Source: an uncultured Armatimonadetes bacterium | GTDB lineage: Bacteria > Armatimonadota > UBA5829 > DTJY01 | Length of the DNA: 64,000 nucleotides | Assembly: GCA_963717145.1 (NCBI GenBank) | Contig: OY970325.1 | Coordinates: 4,352,001 to 4,416,000 of the forward strand | Reading direction: 5' to 3' | Part shown: in pieces, positions 48,286 to 58,163 of the stretch | Layout of the letters: each line of letters starts with the position of its first letter | How positions within the stretch are numbered: the first letter of the stretch is position 1 | Made by a program: the position numbers and the translations under genes | The notes under the pieces: model-generated | The model's input: only the letters and a program-made list of their open reading frames with translations | Database searches by the model: none | Told to the model about the DNA's origin: nothing

Positions 48286-49746
48286 TCACTGCATCTCCGC
48301 CAGCGCCGTCACGATCTTGTCCTGTACCGCATTCACCTCTGTCGAGCTGCACAGATGATGGTTCATCATGATCGAGAACGCCAGCGGCTCGCCCGCCTTC
48401 GTCGTCACGTAGCCGGAAAGCGTCCTCACCCGGCTGATGTAGCCGGTCTTCGCCTTGCAGTTCCCAGCGGCGGCAGTGCCCTTCATCCGGCTGCGGAGCG
48501 TGCCGTCCACTCCCGCGATCGGGAGCGAATCCATGTAGAGCTTGCCGTCCTTGTGGCGGTACATATAAGCCAGCAGGGTCGCCAGGTTGCTCGGTGAGAC
48601 GTAGTTCATACGCGCGAGCCCGGAGCCGTCGATGATGCTCAGTGCGGTCATGTCGAGCCCCGCCTTCTTCAGGAACTCCATCTCGACCTCCGCGCCTTTC
48701 GCGGAGCTGCCTCTTCCATTGAACTCCGCCCCTAGCGCCTTGAGGAGCGTTTCGGCGATCAGGTTGTCGCTCGGCTTGTTCAGAAGAAGCAGCATCTCGG
48801 ACATCGGAACGGACTGGTGGAACGCCACCATCTCCGCGCCCTCCGGCTTGGCGCCCCGAACCGCCTTGCCCTTGACCACGATGTCCGCCCGTTGAAGCAT
48901 CTCTTTCAGCACGGTCGCGGCAAAGAGCGTCGGCTCCTCCATGGTGATCGCCTCTTCCGGGCTCTCCGGCTTGCCCTCAGCCAGGTTCGGGGCGAGGGGC
49001 ACACTGCCCGTCACGTGGATGACGTTTCGACCCCGGATCCTGTCGACCGAGATCGTCTTCTTTGAGTCCGCCTTGCCCGTCGTGGAGTCGTTCTGGACGG
49101 TCATATACGCTGTCGCCGGTGTTATCCACACCGTCGTCTTTGCGCCCTCTTTCACTCCGGGACGAACGTACACGTCCACGACGTTCTTGTTGAGGCAGAG
49201 CGCGCTGAGTTGGGCGGAGTAGTAGTACGGCTCGTCATCCCAGTTCCAACCCCAGCCCAAACGCACGTCGTCGAACCAGGTGTCATCGCCGATGATGTTG
49301 CCCTCGATGACCTTGATTCCCTTGATCTGATCGGCCATCTGCTGCAGTTCACCCGGCTTGAGCACGGCGTTGCCGCGTCCGACGAGGATCACGTCGCCCT
49401 TCAGGACACCATCGGAGGTGCGCTCGCCACTCGTGTACAGCTCAGTCTTGAAGCGGTAGTTCGGCCCGAACTTGTCGAGTGACGTGGCCGAGACCAAGAG
49501 CTTGAAGTTCGATGCCGGAATGAACACCAGGTCCCTGTTCTTCTCATAGATCGTTCGCCCGTCCTTGAGCGATCGAACGACGACGCCTGCCAGTCCGTGA
49601 GCCAGCGCCGGATCCGTCAGCGCCTGGTCGATGGCTTGCGCGACCTCGGGTTCTGTGGAGGCCTGAGCCATCGGAACGGCAAACGAGACTGCCAGGATCA
49701 GCAGCACCAGGTACTGCAGGTTTCTTCTGCGTAAGATCATGTTCAT
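48286..49746 (-). CDS. dacB: D-alanyl-D-alanine carboxypeptidase/endopeptidase (PBP4, S13)
   Basis: PASNFK (SxxK), SDN, DGSGL, AKTG. Confidence 0.93.
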   Translation of the reverse strand: MNMILRRRNLQYLVLLILAVSFAVPMAQASTEPEVAQAIDQALTDPALAHGLAGVVVRSLKDGRTIYEKNRDLVFIPASNFKLLVSATSLDKFGPNYRFKTELYTSGERTSDGVLKGDVILVGRGNAVLKPGELQQMADQIKGIKVIEGNIIGDDTWFDDVRLGWGWNWDDEPYYYSAQLSALCLNKNVVDVYVRPGVKEGAKTTVWITPATAYMTVQNDSTTGKADSKKTISVDRIRGRNVIHVTGSVPLAPNLAEGKPESPEEAITMEEPTLFAATVLKEMLQRADIVVKGKAVRGAKPEGAEMVAFHQSVPMSEMLLLLNKPSDNLIAETLLKALGAEFNGRGSSAKGAEVEMEFLKKAGLDMTALSIIDGSGLARMNYVSPSNLATLLAYMYRHKDGKLYMDSLPIAGVDGTLRSRMKGTAAAGNCKAKTGYISRVRTLSGYVTTKAGEPLAFSIMMNHHLCSSTEVNAVQDKIVTALAEMQ

Positions 49747-49967
49747 GAGCACTAACCTTTCGAATGTGGGAATGGCTGATGGAGAATGGTTGATGGCTGA
49801 TGGTCGATGGTTGATGCCGGAGTCTGCATTCCCCATCAACCATGAACCATCAACCATTCCCCATGTCCTGCCACCAGTATGTTCCGCCAAGGAGGGGTTC
49901 TTGTCCTTCTCTTGAACCTTGGCCGGGCGAGTGTTATAATCGCATAGCTCAACCGCGAGGTGCAAGG

Positions 49968-51011
49968 ATGCAGATCAGCGCGATAACCGCATCGGTTTCC
50001 GATCTTCCGCTCAAGGAACCGTTCGAGACGGCGAAGGGGCGGAAGACTTCATCTCCCGCCGTAGTCATGGAGATGCGTCTCGCCAACGGCGTCGTTGGAA
50101 TGGGGGCCGCCACGCCGGTGAAGTACGTCACCGGCGAGGATATCCAGTCGGTGATCACGGCGGTCGGCATGTGCAAAGACGATCTGATCGGTATGGACCC
50201 TCGATCCTACCGAGCCATCTTCGACGTGCTCTGTGAGGCCCTCCCGGACGATCCATCCGCTCGCGCCGGGCTCAAGATCGCAGCCGTGGACGCGTTCTGC
50301 AAGCTGTACAACCTGCCGATGCACCGGTTTTTTGGCGGCGCGCTCAACGAGGTCGAGACCGACGTCACCATCCCGATCACCTCGCCCGAGAACGCTCGTG
50401 AGTTGGCTCGTCAGGCCGCCGCGAACGGGTTCCACAGCCTCAAAGTGAAGGTCGGGTCTGACGACGTCGAGGAAGACATCGCCCGTGTCCGCGCGATGAG
50501 CGAGGGTGCGCCCAAGTGTCTCATCCGCGCCGATGCGAATCAGGGATTCGTGCCGACCGTCGCAGTCGGCTTCGTTCACAAGCTCCTGAACGCCGGCATC
50601 AAGCTCGACATGCTCGAACAGCCGGTCGACTACAAGGACCTGGACGGACTGCGCTACGTCACGCAGCACACATCGATACCCGTGTTCGCCGATGAAAGCG
50701 TGCAGAAGCCCGCAGATGCCATCAAGCTCGTGGAACTCGACGCTGTAGACGGCATGAACATCAAGCTGATGAAATCCGGCATCTCGGGCGCGCTCGATAT
50801 CATTGCCATCTGTCGCGCCGCGCAGAAGCAGTTGATGCTGGGGTGCATGATCGAGTCCGCGTATGGGTTCTCGGCGGCGATTCATCTTGCGGCCGGCACC
50901 GGCGTCTTTGGCCGGCTCGACCTCGACGCGCACCTTCTTCTCGCCGAGCAGCCGGGAACGTCCGGGCTGTTCACGGCTGACGGCCCGATGCTCAGGCCCG
51001 ACGACGGCTGA
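49968..51011 (+). CDS. Dipeptide (L-Ala-D/L-Glu) epimerase, enolase superfamily
   Basis: KVKVG, DANQG, EQP, ADES, NIKLMKSG, GCMIE, DLD; promoter TTGAAC-17-TATAAT at 49912-49940. Confidence 0.9.
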   Translation: MQISAITASVSDLPLKEPFETAKGRKTSSPAVVMEMRLANGVVGMGAATPVKYVTGEDIQSVITAVGMCKDDLIGMDPRSYRAIFDVLCEALPDDPSARAGLKIAAVDAFCKLYNLPMHRFFGGALNEVETDVTIPITSPENARELARQAAANGFHSLKVKVGSDDVEEDIARVRAMSEGAPKCLIRADANQGFVPTVAVGFVHKLLNAGIKLDMLEQPVDYKDLDGLRYVTQHTSIPVFADESVQKPADAIKLVELDAVDGMNIKLMKSGISGALDIIAICRAAQKQLMLGCMIESAYGFSAAIHLAAGTGVFGRLDLDAHLLLAEQPGTSGLFTADGPMLRPDDG

Positions 51012-51209
51012 TGTGCCTGCGGTGCATTCGAGTTGAAGTGGGTGGCGACCGTCTCTCGTTATGGTTTCCAGAGAAACCTACTCGAGACTAGACGGGGTTG
51101 GGGTCTGGGAAGCCTGGCAGACCTCCGACCGTTCTCCACGAGTAGCCACTCTGGTGGCATAACGAGAGGCCGACTCACTCTGCGGAAATGCACCCGATGT
51201 GCCTGCGGT
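51010..51209. mobile_element. MITE-like 175-bp rod hairpin flanked by 11-14-bp direct repeats
   Basis: gatgtgcctgcggt at 51010 and 51196; ends GGTGCATT/AATGCACC; nested complementary blocks throughout. Confidence 0.6.
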
Positions 51210-51212
51210 TGC

Positions 51213-51241
51213 TTGACAGGACACGAGTCATTCTGTATACT
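51213..51241 (+). promoter_or_regulatory. murA promoter TTGACA-17-TATACT
   Basis: Read directly. Confidence 0.75.
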
Positions 51242-51317
51242 TTTCCAGGCAAAGAGGGCCGCACGGCACGGATTGAGCCGTTCGCTCCCAAGCCAGCCAT
51301 TCGGGAGGACCCGTTAT

Positions 51318-52598
51318 TTGGATACGATCTATGTAGCCGGCGGACAGAGACTAGAGGGCGAATTTCGGGTCAATGGGAGCAAGAACGGCACCTTGGCGAT
51401 CATGGCCGGAGCATTGCTTGCGGAGGATGTGACGGTTCTGGAGAATGTCCCCCGGATCGGGGACATCCACACGATGGTCGAGATGCTTCAGCAACTCGGC
51501 GTCAGGACCAGGATCGAAGGGAATACCGTCGAGATAGACGCCTCCCGGATCGATACGAACGAAGCCCCCTATGAGCTTGTCAAGAAGATGCGCGCGTCGT
51601 TCTGCGTCGCCGCGCCTCTTGTCGCGAGACTCGGATCAGCTAAGATCCCAATGCCGGGCGGGTGCGACATCGGCGCGCGGCCTGTCGACTTCCACGTCAA
51701 AGGCTTGCAGGCCCTCGGCGCCAAGGTGAGCATCGAACACGGTTACGTCACCGCCGAAGCAGATAAGTTCCGGGGCTCGGAGGTTTACCTCGATTTCCCC
51801 AGCGCAGGAGCTACTCAGCACCTGATGACCGCAGCGGCCCTCGCGGAAGGCATCACCCGGATAGAGAACGTCGCTCAGGAGCCCGAAGTCGTCGACCTGG
51901 CCAACTTCCTGATCGCGATGGGTGCGAAGATCCGAGGCCATGGCACGGGCACAATCGAAATCGAGGGAGTCAAGAGGCTTCACGGTGTGACCTACCCGAT
52001 GATCCCGGACCGCATGGAAGCCGGCACATTCGCGATCGCCGTCGCTATCACCCGGGGTGATGTTGTTATGCGGGGCGCATTCGCCGAGCATTGCACGGCG
52101 GTGCTGCAGAAGCTGCACGAAGCCGGCATCAAGTGCACCTCGGGCGATGACTGGATCCGTGTGTGCACCGACCGACGACCCCGTGCCGTGGATATCAAGA
52201 CTATGCCGCACCCAGGCTTCCCGACCGACATGCAGCAGCCGTTCGGCGCTCTGCTCTCCGTCGCGGAGGGGACTTCCGTCATCAGCGAGAACGTCTACGA
52301 GCGCAGGTTCAGGTACGTCTCCGAGCTGCAAAGGATGGGATCGGACATCGTTCAGGAGGGTCGCACTGCCATCATCAAGGGCGTGCCCAAACTGACAGGC
52401 GCGGAGGTGACCGCCACCGACCTGCGCGCGGGCGCCGCATTGATCATCGCGGGACTCGCTGCCGAGGGACGCACCGAGATAACCGGCGTCGAGCATCTCG
52501 ATCGCGGCTATGAGGACATTGTGGGCAAGCTGGCAAGCCTCGGCGCGGAGATAGTCCGTGTGGATACCGAGGCCAAGCCTGCGGTGAAGGAAGCGTAG
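51318..52598 (+). CDS. murA: UDP-N-acetylglucosamine 1-carboxyvinyltransferase
   Basis: GSKN, KMRAS, PGGCDIGARP, PGFPTDMQ, DLRAGA, HLDRGY. Confidence 0.97.
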   Translation: MDTIYVAGGQRLEGEFRVNGSKNGTLAIMAGALLAEDVTVLENVPRIGDIHTMVEMLQQLGVRTRIEGNTVEIDASRIDTNEAPYELVKKMRASFCVAAPLVARLGSAKIPMPGGCDIGARPVDFHVKGLQALGAKVSIEHGYVTAEADKFRGSEVYLDFPSAGATQHLMTAAALAEGITRIENVAQEPEVVDLANFLIAMGAKIRGHGTGTIEIEGVKRLHGVTYPMIPDRMEAGTFAIAVAITRGDVVMRGAFAEHCTAVLQKLHEAGIKCTSGDDWIRVCTDRRPRAVDIKTMPHPGFPTDMQQPFGALLSVAEGTSVISENVYERRFRYVSELQRMGSDIVQEGRTAIIKGVPKLTGAEVTATDLRAGAALIIAGLAAEGRTEITGVEHLDRGYEDIVGKLASLGAEIVRVDTEAKPAVKEA

Positions 52599-52626
52599 CT
52601 CCCGGTTCGATGTATGTACATTCAGA

Positions 52627-52654
52627 CGCCCCGTCTCAGATGAGGCGGGGCGTT
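52627..52654 (+). terminator. Probable terminator after murA
   Basis: acgccccgtctca / tgaggcggggcgt hairpin. Confidence 0.6.
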
Positions 52655-52704
52655 CCTGTACCTCCGGCGACCCGTCGGAATCCTGTGTAGCGCAAAATTT
52701 CCTC

Positions 52705-52735
52705 TTGACTCTCCCGTTACTGGAAGGTGTATTCT
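52705..52735 (+). promoter_or_regulatory. MerR-type promoter TTGACT-19-TATTCT with an imperfect dyad in the spacer
   Basis: 19-bp spacer is characteristic of MerR-activated promoters; directly upstream of the merR-family gene. Confidence 0.8.
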
Positions 52736-52765
52736 GTATCTGCAAGCCCGGAACGAGGAGATGCG

Positions 52766-53602
52766 ATGTTCAAGATAGGCGATTTCTCCAAAATGGCCCG
52801 CGTGTCGGTCAAGACGCTTCGTTACTACGACGAAGTCGGCTTGATCGCCCCGGCGCGCGTGGACGAGTTCACCGGCTATCGTTACTACTCGGCCGATCAG
52901 CTGCCGAGGCTCAACCGAATCCTTGCGCTGAAGGACCTCGGGTTTTCGCTGGAGCAGATCGCCCGCCTGCTGGATGACGGCCTGCCCGCAGTGCACATTC
53001 GCGAGTTGCTCGCGCTCAGGCAGACGGAGATCCGCGAGCAGATCGAGGCCGACAAGCTCAGGCTCGAACTCGTAGAGATGCGTCTCACGCAGATCGAGCG
53101 GGAGGGTGCCATGCCGGTCCATGATGTGACCGTCAGGAGCATCGAGCCCTTCACGATAGCTTCGGTTCGCGATGTCATCCCGACGTATGACTACACCGGG
53201 CAGTTGTTCGGCGAGTTGATGGGATACCTGATGAGTCACAGGGTGAAGTTCGACGGACCGCCGATGGGGCTCTGCCACGATACGGAGTACAAGGAAGAGG
53301 ATGTCGATATGGAGGTCGCCACGCCGGTCGATCCTACCGCCGTCGGATCGGATCGGATCAAGGTCTATGAGCTTCCGAGGATCGAGACCGCCGCCTGCCT
53401 CGTCCACAAGGGAGACTATCATCTCCTTCCCGAGTCATATGAGGCTCTGATGAACTGGATCGGGGCTAACGGCTACCAGATCGCAGGCACTGATCGGCAG
53501 ATCTATCTGCGCACGTTCGCCGATGTCGCCGATCCATCGGATTGCCTCACCGAGATTCAGTTCCCAGTCGTCAAAGCTATGGAGGTGGAGAATGAGCGAT
53601 AG
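52766..53602 (+). CDS. MerR-family regulator with a GyrI-like effector domain (BmrR/BltR type)
   Basis: FKIGDFSK..TLRYYD.GL..TGYRYY; HKGDY..TEIQFP. Confidence 0.93.
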   Translation: MFKIGDFSKMARVSVKTLRYYDEVGLIAPARVDEFTGYRYYSADQLPRLNRILALKDLGFSLEQIARLLDDGLPAVHIRELLALRQTEIREQIEADKLRLELVEMRLTQIEREGAMPVHDVTVRSIEPFTIASVRDVIPTYDYTGQLFGELMGYLMSHRVKFDGPPMGLCHDTEYKEEDVDMEVATPVDPTAVGSDRIKVYELPRIETAACLVHKGDYHLLPESYEALMNWIGANGYQIAGTDRQIYLRTFADVADPSDCLTEIQFPVVKAMEVENER

Positions 53603-54437
53603 GAGAAGCTTGCAGGACAGGCTGGAGGTTGCCACCAGGCGGTGGTGGTTCTGGCTGATCGTCGTCCTCATCCAATGCTCATGGCCGATCACGACGTTTG
53701 AGTACGACCGTGCTCAGACTCCGCAGGTCATCGGCGAGATCCTGCGCAAGGCATACTCGTGCAAGCCCGTGTTGCAGACTCTGTTCCCGATAGCCAACCT
53801 GACGGCGATAGCGATGGTAGCCGGAGCATTCATCTTCAGAAGCCGATGGGAACGACCCTTCGCGATCTATGCCGGCGTGTCCTATCTGCTGTTCAACTTC
53901 GTGCAAAACGTAGCCTGGTCGCCAAGAGGCGTGGGGATTGTGACCAACAACGTTATCATGTATCTGCTGGTGGCGCTGGCATGGTTCCTGGATGTGGGCG
54001 CGCGCAGGACCGACTTCCGGTCGATGAGGTTCACACCCGGGCGCGTCTGGGTGATACCACTCGCGATGCTGGCCTTCTGGTATCCGATCAGCTTTCCCTC
54101 TATGAAGCCGGACTTCAGTCCGCTGCATGCGATCCTCGGACCGACCGGGCTGGCGTTCTGCCTCATGACGCCGGTGTTTCTCGCCGTCCTGATCCTGTGC
54201 TATCCACGCGCCAACCTGGTGACGCTGAGAGTGACCGGCATCTTCGGTGTGATCATCGCACTATATAATCTCATGTTCATAATGATGCATCCGGCCACCC
54301 TCTGGTGGAACGGAGTCCTGCACGCACCGCTGTTCCTGATATCGCTCTACGCCACGATACTCGGATACAAGAGGCAGCCGGCAAAGGAGGAAGCTCATGC
54401 CAGCCAGATCGAAAGATCAGTCGCCCAGAATCTATGA
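53592..54437 (+). CDS. Hypothetical polytopic membrane protein
   Basis: Multiple TM segments; coupled to the merR-family gene. Confidence 0.7.
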   Translation: MSDRRSLQDRLEVATRRWWFWLIVVLIQCSWPITTFEYDRAQTPQVIGEILRKAYSCKPVLQTLFPIANLTAIAMVAGAFIFRSRWERPFAIYAGVSYLLFNFVQNVAWSPRGVGIVTNNVIMYLLVALAWFLDVGARRTDFRSMRFTPGRVWVIPLAMLAFWYPISFPSMKPDFSPLHAILGPTGLAFCLMTPVFLAVLILCYPRANLVTLRVTGIFGVIIALYNLMFIMMHPATLWWNGVLHAPLFLISLYATILGYKRQPAKEEAHASQIERSVAQNL

Positions 54438-54915
54438 GAAGCTATACCAGACGATGGCCGTGGTCACCTCAAAGGGCGATCCGAACGTCGTCGGGGAGAG
54501 CATCTTCCCGGCGCTCTTCGGTTCGGTGTTCACGCTGAAGTTCCAACTCAAGAGGTCCGGGCAGCCTGACTTCAAGGTAACCGGACTGCGCGCGCGGTGG
54601 CCGGATGCCCACCTAGTCCCGAAGGACCAGTGGACCGGCCACTGGGGTCTTCCGATCCCCGACAGCACGACCGAGTTGCCTGCGAAAGTGCCGGAGCCGA
54701 AGGTCACGATCGAGCGGTGGGAGTACGGCACGGTCGCCGAGATCCTCCACCTCGGGCTGTACACCGAGGAAGGCCCGACCATCGAGCGGCTGCACAAGTT
54801 CATCGAGGAGAGCGGCTACGAGATCGCAGGCGTCCACGAGGAGGAGTACCTGACTCGTCCGGATGCCAAAGTGCCGAAGACGCTGATCCGGTATCCGGTG
54901 CGGCGGAAGGAGTAG
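54397..54915 (+). CDS. Stand-alone GyrI-like small-molecule-binding protein
   Basis: ILH.G.Y.EE..TIERLH.FI...GY...G.H.EEYL. Confidence 0.85.
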   Translation: MPARSKDQSPRIYEKLYQTMAVVTSKGDPNVVGESIFPALFGSVFTLKFQLKRSGQPDFKVTGLRARWPDAHLVPKDQWTGHWGLPIPDSTTELPAKVPEPKVTIERWEYGTVAEILHLGLYTEEGPTIERLHKFIEESGYEIAGVHEEEYLTRPDAKVPKTLIRYPVRRKE

Positions 54916-55021
54916 CGGAGTATGGGAGTATGGGAGTATGGGGGTATGGGAGTATGGGAGTGTGGGAGTGTGGGAGTATGGGCGACTTGGACTCCCACAC
55001 CCCCATACTCCCATACTCCGC
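54916..55021. repeat. Octamer GGGAGTAT/GGGAGTGT tandem run with inverted counterpart; related at 29397-29479 (intragenic) and 16789-16841
   Basis: Read directly. Confidence 0.85.
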
Positions 55022-55036
55022 CAGAGAGGAATCATT

Positions 55037-55957
55037 GTGTCTGAGAAGGTTGTCATACAGGTAGAGCATCTGCGCAAGACATATGGCTCGGTCACGGCCG
55101 TCGACGACATCTCGTTCGAGGTCTACCAGGGCGAGATCTTCGGCATCGTCGGGCCGAACGGGGCGGGCAAGACGACCACCATCGAGTGCATCGAGGGATT
55201 GCGTAGTCCCGACGGCGGCCGTATCAGGGTGCTCGGCCTCGATCCGCAGCGCGATGGAAAGGCGCTCTGGCCGCGAATCGGTGTCCAGCTCCAGCAATCG
55301 GCTCTCCAAGAGCGCATGAAGGTGTGGGAGGCGATCGATCTCTTCGCATCACTCTACCCGTGCTCGGTGGACTGGCGGGAGTTGCTCGAGCGGCTGGGCC
55401 TTACAGAGAAGCGCGACTCCATGTTCTGCCAACTCTCCGGCGGCCAGAAGCAGCGACTCTTCATTGCGCTGGCACTTGTGAATGACCCCGAGGTGGTGTT
55501 CCCAGATGAGTTGACCACCGGCCTGGACCCTCAGGCACGGCACGCGATGTGGGACCTCATACGCTCCATTCGCGATCGAGGCAAGACGGTGGTCCTGACG
55601 ACGCATTTCATGGAGGAGGCCGAGCGCCTCTGCGACCGTGTGGCGATCGTCGATCATGGGCGCATTGTGGCGCTCGACACACCCTCGAATCTGATCAGTG
55701 GCCTCGGGGTGGGGACGCGCGTGGTCTTTACGATGGAAGCGCCACTCGACGTCGATGCGCTGCGTCGATCAGTCGAGATTGACCGGATCGAGCAGGAGGG
55801 CGATAGGATCGCCGTGAACTGCCAGTCGAACCAGCAACTCGCACAGCTCATCAACACGCTTGTGTCGAATGGCTCGCGTTTCCGCGACCTGCGGACCGAG
55901 CAGCCGACGCTGGAGGACGTTTTCCTGGCCACGACCGGCCGGGCCATGAGGGACTAG
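55037..55957 (+). CDS. ABC-2 exporter ATP-binding protein
   Basis: GPNGAGKTT, LSGGQ, DE.TTGLDP, TTH.MEEA. Confidence 0.95.
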   Translation: MSEKVVIQVEHLRKTYGSVTAVDDISFEVYQGEIFGIVGPNGAGKTTTIECIEGLRSPDGGRIRVLGLDPQRDGKALWPRIGVQLQQSALQERMKVWEAIDLFASLYPCSVDWRELLERLGLTEKRDSMFCQLSGGQKQRLFIALALVNDPEVVFPDELTTGLDPQARHAMWDLIRSIRDRGKTVVLTTHFMEEAERLCDRVAIVDHGRIVALDTPSNLISGLGVGTRVVFTMEAPLDVDALRRSVEIDRIEQEGDRIAVNCQSNQQLAQLINTLVSNGSRFRDLRTEQPTLEDVFLATTGRAMRD

Positions 55958-56019
55958 AGGGATATGGGAGATGGTTGATGGTTGATGGTTGATGGTTCAT
56001 GGGAACCGGTTTCGCAACC

Positions 56020-56121
56020 CACCGTTCGGGAGGGAGTTGGACTCCCTCCCGCAGGACTCAATGGGGAGTTGAACTCCCAGCCCGGTATTGCGGGAGGGAG
56101 TCCAACTCCCTCCCGAACGGT
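56020..56121. repeat. Three-unit palindromic repeat (GGGAG(T/G)..ACTCCC)
   Basis: accgttcgggagggagttggactccctcccgc...gcgggagggagtccaactccctcccgaacggt. Confidence 0.8.
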
Positions 56122-56146
56122 GGTTTGAAGATAGGAGACACGTGCA

Positions 56147-56890
56147 GTGCGTTCATTCTGGAAGCTAGCCTGGACCGAGATGAAGGTCGTCATGCGCGAG
56201 CCGATGTCCGTGTTCTTCACAATCGCGTTCGCCCCGTTGCTGATGAGCCTGTTCGGCATGATCTTCGGGAACAAGCCGATGTCCGATCACAGTCGGTTCG
56301 GCTACATCGATGCCTCGGTTGCCGCATACATCGGGATGACCATCGCCACCGCGGGACTCATGCACCTGCCCGTCACAGTGGCGACGTACCGGGAGAAGTC
56401 GATCCTGCGCCGGCTGAAGATCACTCCGCTCTCCCCTCAGGCGATCCTCGGCGCCCAGCTGGTCGTGATGCTTCTGATGACGATGTTCGGGACCGGACTG
56501 CTGGTCATCCTGGGGAAGGCGGTTTTCCACCTTCGATTCGCGGGGAACGTGCTGAGCGTGACTGCCGGTCTCATCCTATCCTGCCTGAGCTTTTTCACAC
56601 TGGGGTTCGTGCTTGCCGGACTAGCCAGGTCCGCGAGGATCGCGCAGACCGCCTCGATGATCATCTACTTCCCGATGCTGTTCCTGTCCGGCGCGACGAT
56701 CCCCAGAGACGCCATGCCGAAGACGATCCAGCACTTCTCGGAGTACCTGCCCCTCACGCATGTGGTCACCCTCCTGCGAGGGCTCTGGTTCGGTGAGGCA
56801 TGGGGCAAGCACCTCACAGAGGTAGGAGTCCTCGTCGGCATGCTCATCATCGGCGTCCTGATCTCCGCCAAGACCTTCCGCTGGGAGTAG
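56147..56890 (+). CDS. ABC-2 exporter permease
   Basis: YREKSILRRL..TP, FLSGAT.P, FRWE end. Confidence 0.93.
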   Translation: MRSFWKLAWTEMKVVMREPMSVFFTIAFAPLLMSLFGMIFGNKPMSDHSRFGYIDASVAAYIGMTIATAGLMHLPVTVATYREKSILRRLKITPLSPQAILGAQLVVMLLMTMFGTGLLVILGKAVFHLRFAGNVLSVTAGLILSCLSFFTLGFVLAGLARSARIAQTASMIIYFPMLFLSGATIPRDAMPKTIQHFSEYLPLTHVVTLLRGLWFGEAWGKHLTEVGVLVGMLIIGVLISAKTFRWE

Positions 56891-56939
56891 AGAGACAAGT
56901 CCTCGTATAGCATCTCCGGGTTTAGGCCTGTGCCCTCCG

Positions 56940-57018
56940 AGCCGATAATAGTGTATAGGTGTTGACAATGTCTGTCGTCTGCACTACTGTTGACAAAAGC
57001 CGATAACAGCGCTATACT
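56940..57018 (+). promoter_or_regulatory. XRE-ImmA promoter TTGACA-17-TATACT with duplicated AGCCGATAA-type repeats
   Basis: TTGACA at 56962 and 56990, TATACT at 57013; agccgataatagtg 56940 vs agccgataacagcg 56998. Confidence 0.7.
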
Positions 57019-57039
57019 GGAGCTGAGAGGAGGAGGAGC

Positions 57040-58161
57040 ATGGACACCAATACCATCGGCAGCAACATCCGCAGAATGCGTTTGGCGCGCGGGCTCACCC
57101 AGGAAGATGTGGCGGCAGGAGCGGCGGTAAGCGTCGCCGGATTCCGCAACTACGAATCCGGGCGAGCGATACCCAAGGTCAACACCCTGATGGCCATCGG
57201 CAGGCAGTTGGGCGCAGGCCTTAACGACCTGGTTGCTGAGCCCCGCCACCTATCCGCCGTGAGGTTTCGAGCGCACAGGAAGCTGAACACCCGCGAGCAG
57301 ATCCTGTTCGATGTCGCCAACTGGCTGGATGATTTCGTGAGTCTGGAGGAGATCACCCAGGACAAGACGCAGTGGAGACTCCGCGGTCTGAGGGCCGGGA
57401 CTCCGGAACAAATGGCGGCTCAGGTCCGCGCTGCGCTTGAATTGGCCGGCCAGCCTGTCAGGGATATCTGTGGCCTCATGGAGAGCTGCGGAGTCAAGGT
57501 CCTTCCCCGACCTGTAGCCTCCGAGTTCTTCTTCGGGTTGTCCATCGGGCCTGCTGATGGGGGGCCGGCGATCATCGTGAACACATGGGAGCGCATACCG
57601 GTTGAGAGATGGATATTCAGCGCGGCACACGAACTGGGCCACATCCTCATGCACGCAGAGTCCTTCGACGTTAACAAGCAGGAGGAGGTCGATCAGCAGG
57701 AAGACGAAGCCAATTGTTTTGCCTCTCGCTTCCTGATGCCGGATCAGCTTTTCGACCGGGAGTGGGCAGAGGCTTCCGGCTTGCCGTTTCTCGATCGCGT
57801 CCTCAAGATCAAGAGGATGCTTCGAGTGAGCTATGCAACCGTTCTGTACCGCCTCCACGAGCAAGGGTATCCCCGTGTCTGGGAATCGTTCTACGGCCAG
57901 TATCAGCGCCGGTATGGGCACTCTCTCTCCCGAAAAGACGAACCCAGGCCGCTAGGTCCTGAGGCATTCAGAAAGGTTGTTGAAGACAAGGCCTCGCTTG
58001 AGCCCAAGCGATTGGAGGACATTGACTTCACCGAGGACCGCCTCAGCAAGCTGGTGCGCCAGGCTTTGGAGAGAGAACTGATCACCCGGGATCGAGCTGC
58101 CGAAGTGCTGCGTCTCACGCCCGAGGAGATGGTTCAGCGCATTCAGGACTGGGTTGCCTAG
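57040..58161 (+). CDS. XRE-family HTH fused to an ImmA/IrrE zinc metallopeptidase
   Basis: N-terminal HTH_3; FSAAHELGH; E.EAN.FA..FLMP. Confidence 0.93.
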   Translation: MDTNTIGSNIRRMRLARGLTQEDVAAGAAVSVAGFRNYESGRAIPKVNTLMAIGRQLGAGLNDLVAEPRHLSAVRFRAHRKLNTREQILFDVANWLDDFVSLEEITQDKTQWRLRGLRAGTPEQMAAQVRAALELAGQPVRDICGLMESCGVKVLPRPVASEFFFGLSIGPADGGPAIIVNTWERIPVERWIFSAAHELGHILMHAESFDVNKQEEVDQQEDEANCFASRFLMPDQLFDREWAEASGLPFLDRVLKIKRMLRVSYATVLYRLHEQGYPRVWESFYGQYQRRYGHSLSRKDEPRPLGPEAFRKVVEDKASLEPKRLEDIDFTEDRLSKLVRQALERELITRDRAAEVLRLTPEEMVQRIQDWVA

Positions 58162-58163
58162 CC

